From Deinococcota bacterium (GTDB lineage: Bacteria; Deinococcota; Deinococci; Deinococcales; Trueperaceae): DNA of 64,000 bases. Below are positions 27,800-37,450 of this stretch, one piece after another. The notes beneath the pieces were generated by a model, which saw nothing but the letters and a program-made list of their open reading frames with translations, ran no database searches and was not told the origin of the DNA. Both the position numbers and the translations under genes were made by a program. Position 1 is the first letter of the stretch. Each line of letters opens with the position of its first letter. The stretch lies in the NCBI GenBank assembly GCA_963170125.1, contig CAUJFI010000179.1, positions 313 through 64,312 of the forward strand. The letters are read 5' to 3'.

Positions 27800-29575
27800 T
27801 CACCTCGGCACCGCCGCCGTCCGCTCCGCCAGCCAAGCCCTGACATCGTTTGACAGGTGTGGGCTGAGCGTCTCGCGGACCCTGCGGTGGTACGCGTCGA
27901 GCCATTCGGCCTCCTGGTCGGTGAGCAGGTCCACGTCGATGAGGTCGCGGTCGAAGGGGCACAGCGTGAGCGTGTCGAACGTCAGGAACTCGCCGAAGAC
28001 GCTCGTGCCCGCCGGCGCGACGGCGATGACGTTCTCCAGGCGCACGCCGAACACGCCCTCGAAGTAGACCCCCGGCTCGTTGGAGTTGACGTGGCCGACC
28101 TCGAACACGACGTCGTTCGTCTTGTTGATCCGCTGCGGCCCCTCGTGCACGTGGAGGTAGCTGCCCACGCCGTGGCCGATGCCGTGGCGGCACTCCCAGT
28201 CGTTCGCCCAGATGTGACAGCGGCCTAGCGCGTCCAGCTTCTGGCCCGTCGTGCCCTTGGGGAAGCGTACGGAGCTGAGCATGATGAGGCTCTTGAGGAC
28301 CGTGGTGTAGGTGCGCTTGTGCTCCGCGGTCGGCGTGCCGAGGGCGACGGTGCGCGTCGTGTCGGTGGTGCCGGTCAGGAACTGCGCGCCGCAGTCGATC
28401 AGGAGGAGCGACTCGGGGGCCAGCGGCTGCGGGTTCTCGCGGTTCAGCTTGTAGTGGCCGACGGACGAGTTGGGTCCGAAGCCGACGATGCTGTCGAAGC
28501 TGGCGCCGCGGTAGTCCGGCAGGCCCTCGCGGAAGGACTGGAGCTTCTCGGAGACGGAGAGCTCGGTCTCGGCGGTCAGGTCGGTGGTGCTCAGCCAGTG
28601 CAGGAGCCGCGTGACCGCGGCGCCGTCGTACATGTGGGCGAGGAGGGCGCAGCGCAGCTCGGTCTCGTTCTTCCTGGCCTTCATGGCGTCGAGCGGACTG
28701 GGGCCCTCGACGCGGCGCAGGTGGCGCATCGCGTCGTACAGGAGGACGTTGGTCTTGGCCGGGTCGACGAGCAGCGGTGTGCCGTCGGCCAGCTCCCCGA
28801 GGCCAGCCGCGACCGCGGCGTACGGCCGGATCTCGACCTCGCCGTGCAGCGCGGCGCGCAGGCCGGCGCTCACCTGGTCATCGTGCACGAAGAGCTGGAC
28901 CCCGTCCGGGCCGACGATGCAGTAAGCCAGCGCCACGGGGTTCATGGGGATGTCGTTCCCGCGGAGGTTGAGGAGCCATGCGACCTCGTCGAGCGCCGTG
29001 ACGAGCATGCCGGCGGCTCCGAGCTCTGCGAGCCGGCGCCTGAGCCGGCTGAGCTTGCCGGCGGCGGTCTCGCCGGCGAACTCGAGCGGGTGGTCGACCA
29101 CGGGCATGGGCCTGTCGGCCGGCCGGTCCGTCCACACCTCGTCGATCAGGCCCCGGCACGCCTTGGTCGTCAGCCCGGTCGGCGCCAGCCTCGCCTCGAG
29201 CTGGCGCAGGGCCTCCGCGCTGAGCGCCTCCGGGTCGAAGCCGACGACGCTACCGGCCGGCAGGGTCCCGATCAGCCAGGCCAGGAGCTCGGGCGTGCCG
29301 GGCTTCCCTTCCTTGAAGACGGTGATGGCGGTGCCGGTGGTCTCGGTGTCGGCGCGCATGTGGTAGCGCGGGTCGACCCACAGCCCGGCCTGGTCCGCCG
29401 TGACGACGAAGCGCCCGGCCGAGCCGTTGAAGCCGCTGAGGTAGGCGCGCGTGCGCCAGCGTTCCGAGAGGTACTCGCTCAAGTGGGCGTCGCCGGTGGT
29501 CGCCAGCCAGGCGTCGACACCGGCGGTGCGCATGCTCTTCCTCAAGCGGTCGATCCTCGCTGTCGCGTTCGGCAT
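27800..29575 (-). CDS. pepP: Xaa-Pro aminopeptidase (M24B, long APP1-like form)
   Basis: ORF 27800..29614, with the start preferred at MPNATARIDRLRKSMRTAGVDAWL (29575). Metal-ligand motifs HGIGHGVGSYLHVHEGP and NEPGVYFEGVFGVRLEN. Confidence 0.85.
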   Translation of the reverse strand: MPNATARIDRLRKSMRTAGVDAWLATTGDAHLSEYLSERWRTRAYLSGFNGSAGRFVVTADQAGLWVDPRYHMRADTETTGTAITVFKEGKPGTPELLAWLIGTLPAGSVVGFDPEALSAEALRQLEARLAPTGLTTKACRGLIDEVWTDRPADRPMPVVDHPLEFAGETAAGKLSRLRRRLAELGAAGMLVTALDEVAWLLNLRGNDIPMNPVALAYCIVGPDGVQLFVHDDQVSAGLRAALHGEVEIRPYAAVAAGLGELADGTPLLVDPAKTNVLLYDAMRHLRRVEGPSPLDAMKARKNETELRCALLAHMYDGAAVTRLLHWLSTTDLTAETELSVSEKLQSFREGLPDYRGASFDSIVGFGPNSSVGHYKLNRENPQPLAPESLLLIDCGAQFLTGTTDTTRTVALGTPTAEHKRTYTTVLKSLIMLSSVRFPKGTTGQKLDALGRCHIWANDWECRHGIGHGVGSYLHVHEGPQRINKTNDVVFEVGHVNSNEPGVYFEGVFGVRLENVIAVAPAGTSVFGEFLTFDTLTLCPFDRDLIDVDLLTDQEAEWLDAYHRRVRETLSPHLSNDVRAWLAERTAAVPR

Positions 29576-29646
29576 CCTGGCTCCAATCATCGCAGCGGAG
29601 GCGGCGGGCCGCACGCCCGGTACGCCTTCAGAGCTTTCTCATACTG

Positions 29647-29676
29647 TTGACAATCTAGCATGCCCGAGGCTACGCT
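29647..29676 (+). promoter_or_regulatory. Candidate promoter for the first Dpp-type operon
   Basis: TTGACA (29647-29652), an 18-nt spacer, then TACGCT (29671-29676), in the divergent pepP/binding-protein intergenic region. Confidence 0.3.
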
Positions 29677-29770
29677 TCGGCCATTCAGTTCTCGTGAGTG
29701 GGGTCCGGCCATGCCTGTGCCAGTTCGCTCAGCAGCCTCCACCGCAAGGTTCGAAGGGAGAAGCGCAACG

Positions 29771-31339
29771 GTGAAAAGAGTTCTGTTGTCCCTCTTGGTC
29801 GCGTTTGGGCTGCTCGGCAGCGCATTCGCGCAACAGCCCGGCTCGACGCTCGTGGTCGGCATGAGCATCCTGCCCAACACGATCGACTCGGGTGACGCCA
29901 ACGATTCCAATGCCATAGCGGTCACCCGCCAGATCGTCGAGCGCCTCGTCGAGTTGGCCCCAGGTAACGAGGGCCTCGTCCCCGGACTGGCCAGCAGCTG
30001 GGAAGCGAACGCCGACTCGACTGAGTGGACGTTCCACCTGCTGCAGGGCGTGAGGTTCCACGACGGCACGCCGTTCAACGCCGAGGCGGTGAAGTTCAGC
30101 CTCGATCGCTGGAACGACGCTGCCAACCCGTACCACTTCGGAGCGGAAGGCAAGGCTTACGTGGGTTGGCGCAACCTGTTCGGCGGCTTCCTCGGCGACG
30201 GCTCGGCCGTCAGCGAGGTCGTCGTGGACGATGAGTACACGGTGACGCTCAAGCTCACGCGCTCCATCTCGTTCCTCCCGTCCCTGCTCGCCGGTGGCTA
30301 CTTCGGCTTCGATAGCCCCGCGGCCGTCATGGCGGCCGGCGCGAACTACGGTACGCCGTCCGTCGGCTCCGTCGGCACGGGCCCGTACCGCTTCGAGCGT
30401 TGGGAGGAGGGCAGCCGCGTTGTGCTCACGGCCAACACGGAGTACCGTGACGGCCCGCCGCCCACCGAGACGGTCGTCTTCGTAGGCGTGAGCGACCCGA
30501 CGGCGCGCCTGGCTCAGCTCAAGGCCGGTGCGCTCGACATCGCTGCGGCCATCTCGCCGTCCGACCTGGACAGCGTGCTCAGCGACCCGAACCTCGAGCT
30601 CGTTCGGGGCGAGGGCGGCCTGAACACGAGCTACTTGGCCATGCACCAGAACCAGAAGCCCATGGACGACGTGCGCGTGCGCCAGGCCGTCGCGTACGCC
30701 GTCGACAGGGTCGCCATCGTCGACGCGTTCTACGCCGGCCAGGCGGTGGCGGCGGAGGACATCATCCCCGACTCGCTGTGGGGTCACGCCGACGGCGTGG
30801 GCGCCTACCCGTACGACCCGGCCAAGGCGCGCGAGCTGCTCACCGAGGCGGGCTACCCGAACGGTTTTGATACTGAATTGTGGTATCGGAACTCCGGTCT
30901 CGAGCCCGTCATCGCCGAGGCCATCGCCTCCTACCTGGCCGACGTCGGCATCCGCGCTGCCCTCAAGACCGAGGACTGGGCCGCGTTCCTGGCGGACTAC
31001 ATGGCGGGCAACTTCCCGCTCTACACGCTCGGCTGGAACGCCGACTTCGCGGACCCGGACACGTTCATCTACACGTTCTACGGTCCGCAGGCCGTACGCC
31101 GCTTCGGCTGGAACGCTCCCGAGGTCGTCACGCTCACCCAGGAAGCCAGGCAGGTCCCCGGCCAGGCCGAACGCGCCGCGCTCTACGCGCAGGTCGTGAC
31201 TGCGGCTCACGAGGCCATGCCGGTGCTTCCGCTCGCGCACCAGTCGCAGTTCTTCGTCGTGCGCAAGGGCGTGACGGGCCTCGTCCCGAACCCGCTCGGC
31301 GCCTTCCCGGTGCTGGCGGGCACGAGCAAGGCCCAGTAG
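29771..31339 (+). CDS. Peptide/nickel ABC transporter substrate-binding protein (family 5, DppA/OppA type)
   Basis: Within ORF 29660..31339. GTG at 29771 after AAGGGAG. Signal peptide VKRVLLSLLVAFGLLGSAFAQ. Contains WTFHLLQGVRFHDGTPFNAEAV and GPYRFERWE motifs. Confidence 0.85.
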   Translation: MKRVLLSLLVAFGLLGSAFAQQPGSTLVVGMSILPNTIDSGDANDSNAIAVTRQIVERLVELAPGNEGLVPGLASSWEANADSTEWTFHLLQGVRFHDGTPFNAEAVKFSLDRWNDAANPYHFGAEGKAYVGWRNLFGGFLGDGSAVSEVVVDDEYTVTLKLTRSISFLPSLLAGGYFGFDSPAAVMAAGANYGTPSVGSVGTGPYRFERWEEGSRVVLTANTEYRDGPPPTETVVFVGVSDPTARLAQLKAGALDIAAAISPSDLDSVLSDPNLELVRGEGGLNTSYLAMHQNQKPMDDVRVRQAVAYAVDRVAIVDAFYAGQAVAAEDIIPDSLWGHADGVGAYPYDPAKARELLTEAGYPNGFDTELWYRNSGLEPVIAEAIASYLADVGIRAALKTEDWAAFLADYMAGNFPLYTLGWNADFADPDTFIYTFYGPQAVRRFGWNAPEVVTLTQEARQVPGQAERAALYAQVVTAAHEAMPVLPLAHQSQFFVVRKGVTGLVPNPLGAFPVLAGTSKAQ

Positions 31340-31404
31340 CGGATCGCGGGAGCGGGGCCGGGCCTCGGACGCGGACCGGCTCCTCCCACCCGGCCATCAC
31401 ACAC

Positions 31405-31436
31405 GGCCGCACGCGCTCTTGCCGGCGCGTGCGGCC
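31405..31436 (+). terminator. 12-bp perfect stem-loop between the binding-protein and permease genes
   Basis: GGCCGCACGCGC (31405-31416) and GCGCGTGCGGCC (31425-31436), with an 8-nt loop. Confidence 0.45.
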
Positions 31437-31504
31437 ACTCGGACGCGGCGGCGCGGCGTGCGGTCGCTCGAACCAAGCCACCCAACGCTAGGGGAACCTG
31501 ACCA

Positions 31505-32557
31505 GTGACGACATACCTGATCCGGCGCGTGCTCGGCATCATCCCCGTTCTGCTCGGGGTCACGTTCTTGGTGTTCGCCATCAACCGGATCGTGCCGAGC
31601 AACCCGGCCGTCGCCATCCTCGGCGACAAGGGCACGGTCGAGTCGCAACGCCAGCTCGCCGAGGAGCTGGGGCTGAACAAGCCCGTGTTCTTCGACGTCG
31701 AGGGCTACCGCAGTAGCGGCAGGTTCGGCCAGCTCTTCGACAGCCAGTACTTCAAGTACATGGGCGAGCTCCTGACGGGCAACCTCGGCAAGTCGTTCAT
31801 GACCCGCGCACCGGTCACGGACAGCCTCAAGGTCCGGTTCCCCGCCACCATGGAGCTCGCGCTCTTCTCGATCCTGATCGGTAGCACGCTCGGCATCGTC
31901 CTTGGGGTCGTCGCCGCGCTCCGGCGCGGCACGTGGGTAGACACGGGCATGCTGTTCATCGCCGTGTCGGGCGTGTCGTTCCCCGTGTTCTGGACCGCGA
32001 TCGTCCTCATCTATCTCTTCTCCGTGCAGCTCGGCTGGTTCCCACCCGCCGGGCGCTTGAACGTCACGAGCACGCTCCAACCGGTGACGGGTCTGTTCGT
32101 GCTCGACACGCTGCTGCGCGGCCAGTACAAGCTGTTCCTCGATTCGCTGCACCACCTGGTGCTCCCGGCGTTCGCGCTCGGCACGCACGCCATGGCGCTG
32201 ATCATGCGCATGACGCGGTCGTCGATGCTCGACGTGCTGCGGCGCGACTACGTGCGCACGGCGGCCTCCAAGGGCGTGCCCCCGCTGGTCGTCGTCATGA
32301 AGCATGCGTTCCGCAATGCGCTGGTGCCGGTCGTCACCGTCATGGGCCTATCGTTCGGCTCGCTGCTCTCCGGCGCCATCCTGGTCGAGGCCATCTTCAA
32401 CTGGCCGGGTGTCGGGAGCTGGATATTCAACGCCATCACGCAGCGCGACTACCCCGTCATCCAGGGCGGCGTCCTGTTCGTGGCGGCCGTGTTCATCGTG
32501 CTCAACATGCTCGTCGACCTCTCTTACGTCCTTATCGACCCGAGGATCAGGTACTGA
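31505..32557 (+). CDS. Dpp/Opp-type ABC transporter permease (DppB-like)
   Basis: 350-aa ORF with GTG start. MTTYLIRRVLGIIPVLLGVTFLVF N-terminus and the YVRTAASKG EAA-loop region. Confidence 0.85.
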   Translation: MTTYLIRRVLGIIPVLLGVTFLVFAINRIVPSNPAVAILGDKGTVESQRQLAEELGLNKPVFFDVEGYRSSGRFGQLFDSQYFKYMGELLTGNLGKSFMTRAPVTDSLKVRFPATMELALFSILIGSTLGIVLGVVAALRRGTWVDTGMLFIAVSGVSFPVFWTAIVLIYLFSVQLGWFPPAGRLNVTSTLQPVTGLFVLDTLLRGQYKLFLDSLHHLVLPAFALGTHAMALIMRMTRSSMLDVLRRDYVRTAASKGVPPLVVVMKHAFRNALVPVVTVMGLSFGSLLSGAILVEAIFNWPGVGSWIFNAITQRDYPVIQGGVLFVAAVFIVLNMLVDLSYVLIDPRIRY

Positions 32558-33378
32558 TGCGGCGCTTCCTCAGGAACCGCTCCGGCGTCATCGGCCTGGC
32601 GATCGTCCTCTTCTTCACCGTGGCCACGCTCCTCGCGCCCGTGCTCAGGCCGTACAACGCCGGCACCGACAGGAACCTCGCCAAGCGCCTCAAGCCGCCC
32701 AGCGCCGAGCACGTCCTCGGCACGGACGAGCTCGGCCGGGACGTGCTCACGCGCGTATGGCACGGCGGCCGCGTGAGCCTCAGCGTGTCGCTGCTCGTCG
32801 TGGGGTTCTCGGCGGTGCTCGGAACGGCGCTGGGGGTGCTCGCCGCGATCATGCGTGGTTGGCTCGACCTCACGCTCTCCTGGTTCGTCGACATCCTGCT
32901 GGCGTTCCCCGGCATCCTGCTGGCCATAGCGATAGTCGCCGCGCTCGGCGCGAACCTGACGAACGCGCTGATAGCCATCTCCATCATGGGCATCCCCGGT
33001 TACTACCGCGTCATGCGTTCCGCGGTCATCGGTCTGCGCGACCTGGAGTTCGTGCAGGCGGCCGAGGCGCTCGGCTCGTCGAAGTTCCGCGTGGCCGTCA
33101 AGCACCTGCTCCCCAACGCCCTCTCACCCCTCATCGTGCAGGTCACCTTGGCCATCGGCCGCACCGTGCTCACGATCGCGTCCCTCGGCTTCCTGGGCCT
33201 GGGAGCGCAACCGCCGACGCCCGAGTGGGGGCTCATGATCAAGGCCGGCTACAGCCAGTTCCTCACGGCGCCGTGGCTCTCCATCGCCCCCGGTTTCGCC
33301 ATCTACCTGGCCGTTCTCGGCTTCAACATGCTGGGGGACGCGATCCGCGACCACTTCGATCCGCAACTGAGGACGTAG
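32557..33378 (+). CDS. Dpp/Opp-type ABC transporter permease (DppC-like)
   Basis: C-terminal 273 codons of ORF 31933..33378. The ATG at 32557 overlaps the upstream TGA. Contains HVLGTDELGRDVLTRV and FVQAAEALGSS motifs. Confidence 0.85.
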   Translation: MRRFLRNRSGVIGLAIVLFFTVATLLAPVLRPYNAGTDRNLAKRLKPPSAEHVLGTDELGRDVLTRVWHGGRVSLSVSLLVVGFSAVLGTALGVLAAIMRGWLDLTLSWFVDILLAFPGILLAIAIVAALGANLTNALIAISIMGIPGYYRVMRSAVIGLRDLEFVQAAEALGSSKFRVAVKHLLPNALSPLIVQVTLAIGRTVLTIASLGFLGLGAQPPTPEWGLMIKAGYSQFLTAPWLSIAPGFAIYLAVLGFNMLGDAIRDHFDPQLRT

Positions 33379-33488
33379 GCCTTGGTCGCGACTCGCATCT
33401 CGCCCGCCCGCGCCGCGCCGCCGCCCCCCGCTCTCGAAGGCGCCGCACCGCCACCGCTTCGCTCTCACACCTTCTGGGGAGGAACACC

Positions 33489-34448
33489 ATGACCACCGCG
33501 AGCAGCTCCAGCTGGGGCACCCATGACGCCCTGCCGGACGACCGCAACAAGGACGTGCTCATCTACGTGAACGGCGAGCTGGCGCCGCGCGCCGAGGCCA
33601 AGGTGTCCGTCTTCGACAGCGGTTTCCTCGTCGGTGACGGCGTCTGGGAGGGCCTGCGGCTCCAGGGTGGCGTGCTCCTGTTCCTCGAACAGCACCTCAA
33701 GCGGTTGTACGAGGGGGCCAAGGCCATCGCGCTCGACATCGGCTTGACCCCCGAGCAGCTCACGGCCGAGCTGTGGCAGGTCCTCGACGCGAACGGCATG
33801 AAGGACGGCGTGCACGTGCGGCTCATGGTCACGCGCGGCAGCAAGCGCACGCCCTCGCAGGACCCGCGCTTCGTGGTCGCCGGACCGACCATCGTGATCA
33901 TCGCCGAGTACAAGTCGAGCAACCCGGACGTGCGCGCCACGGGCGTCAAGCTGTTCACGTCCAGCGTCAGGCGCCCGTCGCCGGACGTTCTCGACCCCAA
34001 GCTCAACTGCCACAGCAAGCTTCACGAGGTCATCGCGCTGCACCAGGCGCTCCTGGCGGGTGCCGACGAGGCCCTCATGCTCGACCCGCACGGCGCCGTG
34101 AGCACCTGCAACGCCACCAACTTCTTCTGCGTGCGCGGGGGCGAGGTCTGGACCTCGACGGGCCAGTACTGCATGAACGGCATCACGCGCGGCACCGTCA
34201 TCAGGCTCTGCAAGGAGAACGGCATCCCAGTCCACGAGCGGGATTTCTCCCTCACGGACGTGTACGGCGCGGACGAGGCCTTCGTGACGGGCACCTTCGG
34301 CGGGCTCACGCCCGTGGCCGTGGTGGACGGGCGGGGCATCGGGAGCGGGATCCCGGGGCCCGTCACGACCAGGCTGACCGAGCTCTACGTCGCCGAGAAG
34401 GCGCGGTATGTGCTGGAGCGGCGGGCTGTCGGGAGCGCGGAGAGCTGA
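33489..34448 (+). CDS. Class IV (fold-type IV) aminotransferase, branched-chain / D-amino-acid type
   Basis: C-terminal 319 codons of ORF 32304..34448. ATG at 33489. Contains VSVFDSGFLVGDGVWEGLR and the Lys region TSSVRRPSPDVLDPKLNCHSKL. Confidence 0.8.
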   Translation: MTTASSSSWGTHDALPDDRNKDVLIYVNGELAPRAEAKVSVFDSGFLVGDGVWEGLRLQGGVLLFLEQHLKRLYEGAKAIALDIGLTPEQLTAELWQVLDANGMKDGVHVRLMVTRGSKRTPSQDPRFVVAGPTIVIIAEYKSSNPDVRATGVKLFTSSVRRPSPDVLDPKLNCHSKLHEVIALHQALLAGADEALMLDPHGAVSTCNATNFFCVRGGEVWTSTGQYCMNGITRGTVIRLCKENGIPVHERDFSLTDVYGADEAFVTGTFGGLTPVAVVDGRGIGSGIPGPVTTRLTELYVAEKARYVLERRAVGSAES

Positions 34449-34670
34449 GCTCGCTTCGGTCTCCATGACCTGGTTGGCTACTGCCGCCGGCGGTCGCTGG
34501 CCCCGGAGCGGAGCTCCAACTGCCCCCTGCTCGCCACGGGGGTTCGGACCGGCGTTCACAACGGTATCGTACGGTCAGAACAGCGTGCGGCACCGAACCA
34601 GGTCAGGCTCTTGGGGAGCGGTCTCCCGGTCTTCGAGCAAGGCGTGTGAGGCGGCGCCTGGAGGTCGTTA

Positions 34671-35402
34671 GTGCTGGGACGGCTGGAGCCGATCGATAGA
34701 GAGCAGGGGGCCGGCAGGACGCTGCGCGAGCAGCTGGTCATCGTGTTGCGCAAGGCGATCCTGGAGGCGGCCATGCCGCCCGGCGAGCGCCTCGTCGAGA
34801 CGACGCTGGCCGAGCAGCTCGGCGTGAGCCGCGGTCCGCTGCGCGAAGCCATCCGGCAACTCGTGGAGGAGGGTCTGGTCGACCAGACCCCCTTCACCGG
34901 CGCGGTGGTGAGGTCGCTGTCCGTCGAGGACATCCAGGAGATCTACTCCTTCCGCACCCTCCTCGAGTCGTTCGCGTTCAAGATCGTGTGGGACAAGCGG
35001 ACCCCGGAGTTCTTCCGCGTGCTCGACTCGCGCCACAGGGCGCTGGCCTACGCCATCTACTCCGGTGACCAACAACAGGCCATCACGCGCGAGATGGACC
35101 TCCACGGCCTCGTGTACGAGTTCTCGAAGCACCGCAGCCTCATCGAGTCGTGGAACCTCCTGCGCGGGAGGCTGCACTTCTACTTCACGCTCCACCACGA
35201 GGCCCACCACCGCAAGGGCGCCTTGCCCGAGGCGCACGACACCTACGTGGCCCTGGCCAAGGGCGACGACCTGGGCGCGATGCTGCGCGAGGTGGAGGAG
35301 CACATGCGCCGAGGCCTCGGAACGCTGGAAGCGTTCGTAGTGGAGCGCAGCGCCAGGTTGCGCGGTCAGGACGTGGCGGTGTCCTCCGGGGTGCCGACGT
35401 AA
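34671..35402 (+). CDS. GntR-family (FCD-type) transcriptional regulator
   Basis: 243-aa ORF with GTG start after GGAGG. wHTH motif TLAEQLGVSRGPLREAIRQL. Confidence 0.8.
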   Translation: MLGRLEPIDREQGAGRTLREQLVIVLRKAILEAAMPPGERLVETTLAEQLGVSRGPLREAIRQLVEEGLVDQTPFTGAVVRSLSVEDIQEIYSFRTLLESFAFKIVWDKRTPEFFRVLDSRHRALAYAIYSGDQQQAITREMDLHGLVYEFSKHRSLIESWNLLRGRLHFYFTLHHEAHHRKGALPEAHDTYVALAKGDDLGAMLREVEEHMRRGLGTLEAFVVERSARLRGQDVAVSSGVPT

Positions 35403-35457
35403 GGGCAGCCGGATCGTGACTGGTGACGAAAGCTGTGCGGGCCGACTCGCTGAAATG

Positions 35458-35470
35458 TACAATTTAGCTA
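35458..35470 (+). promoter_or_regulatory. -10 box positioned for a leaderless antitoxin transcript
   Basis: TACAAT at 35458-35463 with only 6 nt before the ATG at 35470 and no Shine-Dalgarno sequence in between. Confidence 0.35.
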
Positions 35471-35727
35471 TGTCGGAGATCACTGCTACGGAGGCTCGGC
35501 AGCGTTGGGCCGAGACACTGGATGCGGCCAAGAGGTCACCGGTACGGATCACGAGCCACGGCCGCGAAGTCGCTGTCGTGATGAGCGTTGACCTCGCCGA
35601 CCGTGCGCTTGCGGCCCTCGAGGACGCGGAGGACGTAGCCGCCGCGGAGGCCGCGTTGGCCGACCCGACGCCACGCGTGTCACTCGCGGACCTTGCCCGC
35701 GAACTCGGCATCCCGTTGGATGAGTGA
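35470..35727 (+). CDS. Phd/YefM-family antitoxin
   Basis: Within ORF 35416..35727. MSEITATEARQRWAETLDAAKRSPVRITSHGREVAVVMS is a typical Phd/YefM N-terminus. Overlaps the toxin start by 8 nt. Confidence 0.8.
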   Translation: MSEITATEARQRWAETLDAAKRSPVRITSHGREVAVVMSVDLADRALAALEDAEDVAAAEAALADPTPRVSLADLARELGIPLDE

Positions 35728-35998
35728 CGTCTACGCGGTCGAGTTCACCGCGGTTGCTCGGAAACAGCTAGCTAAGCTGGACCGCTCCGTTCAACTGAGA
35801 ATCATCAGGGCCACCGAGCTACTGACTCGACAACCCCGACCGCCTACTGCGCGCCGGCTAACCGCCCGGTCCGAACTATGGCGCGTCAGGGTCGGCGATC
35901 ACCGCGTGATCTACGCCGTCGCTGGCCAGAAGCTCCTGGTGACGATAGTCAGAATTGGGCATCGGAGCGACGTGTATCGCGGTATCGACGGGCTGTAG
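35720..35998 (+). CDS. RelE/ParE-family toxin
   Basis: Within ORF 35693..35998; 92 aa. Contains ...LWRVRVGDHRVIYAVAGQKLLVTIVRIGHRSDVY, the characteristic RelE/ParE core. Confidence 0.8.
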   Translation: MSDVYAVEFTAVARKQLAKLDRSVQLRIIRATELLTRQPRPPTARRLTARSELWRVRVGDHRVIYAVAGQKLLVTIVRIGHRSDVYRGIDGL

Positions 35999-36039
35999 AC
36001 TTCTAGCGCGCCAGCGCCGCGTCCTTCCCGTCGCCCGCC

Positions 36040-36654
36040 CTAATGCCGCACCGGGCACCCGCCGGCTTCCAGCCTGTCCGCCAGCATGTCGCCGACCTCC
36101 GCGTGACCACCTCCGCGCTCCAGCAGGCCGAGCGCCGTGCCTTGCTGGTCGGCCACGCTGCGGTTCTGGCTCAGCTTCCACTTGCCGCGCAGCTCCGTGA
36201 GTTCGATGCTCACGCCGACGATGCCCTTCATCTGCGCCGCCACGTACTCCTGCGGCGCGTCGGTCATGCGCCACGGCTCGTCGAAGGGCGCCTCGTTGTG
36301 GTCGACGAGCTCCGCGAGGTGGCGCCTGAGCCAGGCGCGGTCCTCGATCACCGTGGGCAGGCCGCGCGCCTGCGCGATGACGTAGTTCCAGGTAGGCACG
36401 ACCTTGCCGTGCTCGCGCTTCGCCGGGTACCACGACGGGGTGACGTACGCCTGTGGGCCTTGGAAGACGACTAGGCACTCGGTGGCGGTCTGCAGGTCGC
36501 GCCACTGCGGGTTGGCGCGGGCGAGGTGGCACTCGAGCTTGCCGAGCGTGGCGTCTTCCGCGTGCAGGACGAACGGGATCGGGTTCGCCACAGGACCACC
36601 GCTGCCGGCGCTGACGAGCAGCCCGAGGGGGTGGGCGCGGATCAACTGGTGCAT
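36040..36654 (-). CDS. paiB: FMN-binding negative transcriptional regulator (PaiB family)
   Basis: 204-aa ORF with YVTPSWYPAK...VPTWNY and KLSQNR motifs typical of PaiB. Confidence 0.75.
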   Translation of the reverse strand: MHQLIRAHPLGLLVSAGSGGPVANPIPFVLHAEDATLGKLECHLARANPQWRDLQTATECLVVFQGPQAYVTPSWYPAKREHGKVVPTWNYVIAQARGLPTVIEDRAWLRRHLAELVDHNEAPFDEPWRMTDAPQEYVAAQMKGIVGVSIELTELRGKWKLSQNRSVADQQGTALGLLERGGGHAEVGDMLADRLEAGGCPVRH

Positions 36655-36749
36655 GACCTCGGGGCGGCTGTGGAGGGGTCCGGGTTCAAATGGCGGCGGA
36701 GAGTACGTCTATCCGACAAGTCCCGGTATAACCGTGGTAGGATTGCGGT

Positions 36750-36986
36750 ATGAAAACGGCGATCTCCTTGCCAGACGACATATACCGGGATGCCGATCGC
36801 TTGGCGAAGAGCATGGGGCTATCACGCAGCGAGCTGTACGCCACGGCGGTCAGGGAGTTCCTGGCCAGACACCGACACGCCGACGTGACTTTACGCCTCA
36901 ATGCACTTTATTCGCGTGAGCAGAGCGGTTTGGCGTCCGACCTACGTGAGGCCCAGGCCGGTAGCGTTGGTGCGGACGATTGGTAG
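36750..36986 (+). CDS. mazE: Ribbon-helix-helix (CopG/MazE-like) antitoxin
   Basis: 78-aa ORF. MKTAISLPDDIYRDADRLAKSMGLSRSELYATAVREFL is an RHH fold. Overlaps the mazF start. Confidence 0.75.
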   Translation: MKTAISLPDDIYRDADRLAKSMGLSRSELYATAVREFLARHRHADVTLRLNALYSREQSGLASDLREAQAGSVGADDW

Positions 36987-37324
36987 TTCATCGCGGTGAG
37001 ATCTGGTGGGCGGATCTGGGCGAACCACGAGGCCCTGGCCCGGGGTTCCGGCGGCCGTTACTGATCGTTCAAGCGGATGCTTTCAACCGTAGTCGCATTC
37101 GCACCGTGCTGTGCGTCGTCCTCACTTCCAACCTCGCGTTGCTCGATGCCCCCGGAAACGTGCTTATCGAAGCAGGCCTGGTGGGCTTGCCCAAGGACTC
37201 GGTCGCGAACGTGTCACAAGTCGTGACGTTGGATCGCGACTACCTCATCGAGCGCGTCGGCCACGTGAACCCTGACCTCCTTGCTGAGGTCGATGCCGGG
37301 CTGAGGCTCGTGTTGGACGTGTGA
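36980..37324 (+). CDS. mazF: MazF/PemK-family endoribonuclease toxin
   Basis: 114-aa ORF with TTG start. Contains RGEIWWADLGEPRGPGPGFRRPLLIVQ and VANVSQVVTLD motifs. Confidence 0.85.
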   Translation: MVVHRGEIWWADLGEPRGPGPGFRRPLLIVQADAFNRSRIRTVLCVVLTSNLALLDAPGNVLIEAGLVGLPKDSVANVSQVVTLDRDYLIERVGHVNPDLLAEVDAGLRLVLDV

Positions 37325-37450
37325 GGAGTCGGCCCGCGCCTTGCGTAGCGGTGGGCGCGGGGTGGTCATCCTCCTGACCCGTTCGCGTGCGTCTACGCCT
37401 GACGGTTGTACCGTAGCGGTGCTCCTCCATACCGCGTAAAGGAAGCCCGT

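Noticed and set aside
32304-33488. N-terminal ~395 codons of the 714-aa ORF 32304..34448. The same issue affects 31933..32556, 14769..15011, 48612..48878 and 46894..48114.
   Set aside because: These are upstream extensions lying over neighbouring genes or intergenic DNA, with junk-like translation. Internal starts with a Shine-Dalgarno sequence and a signal peptide or canonical N-terminus were chosen instead.
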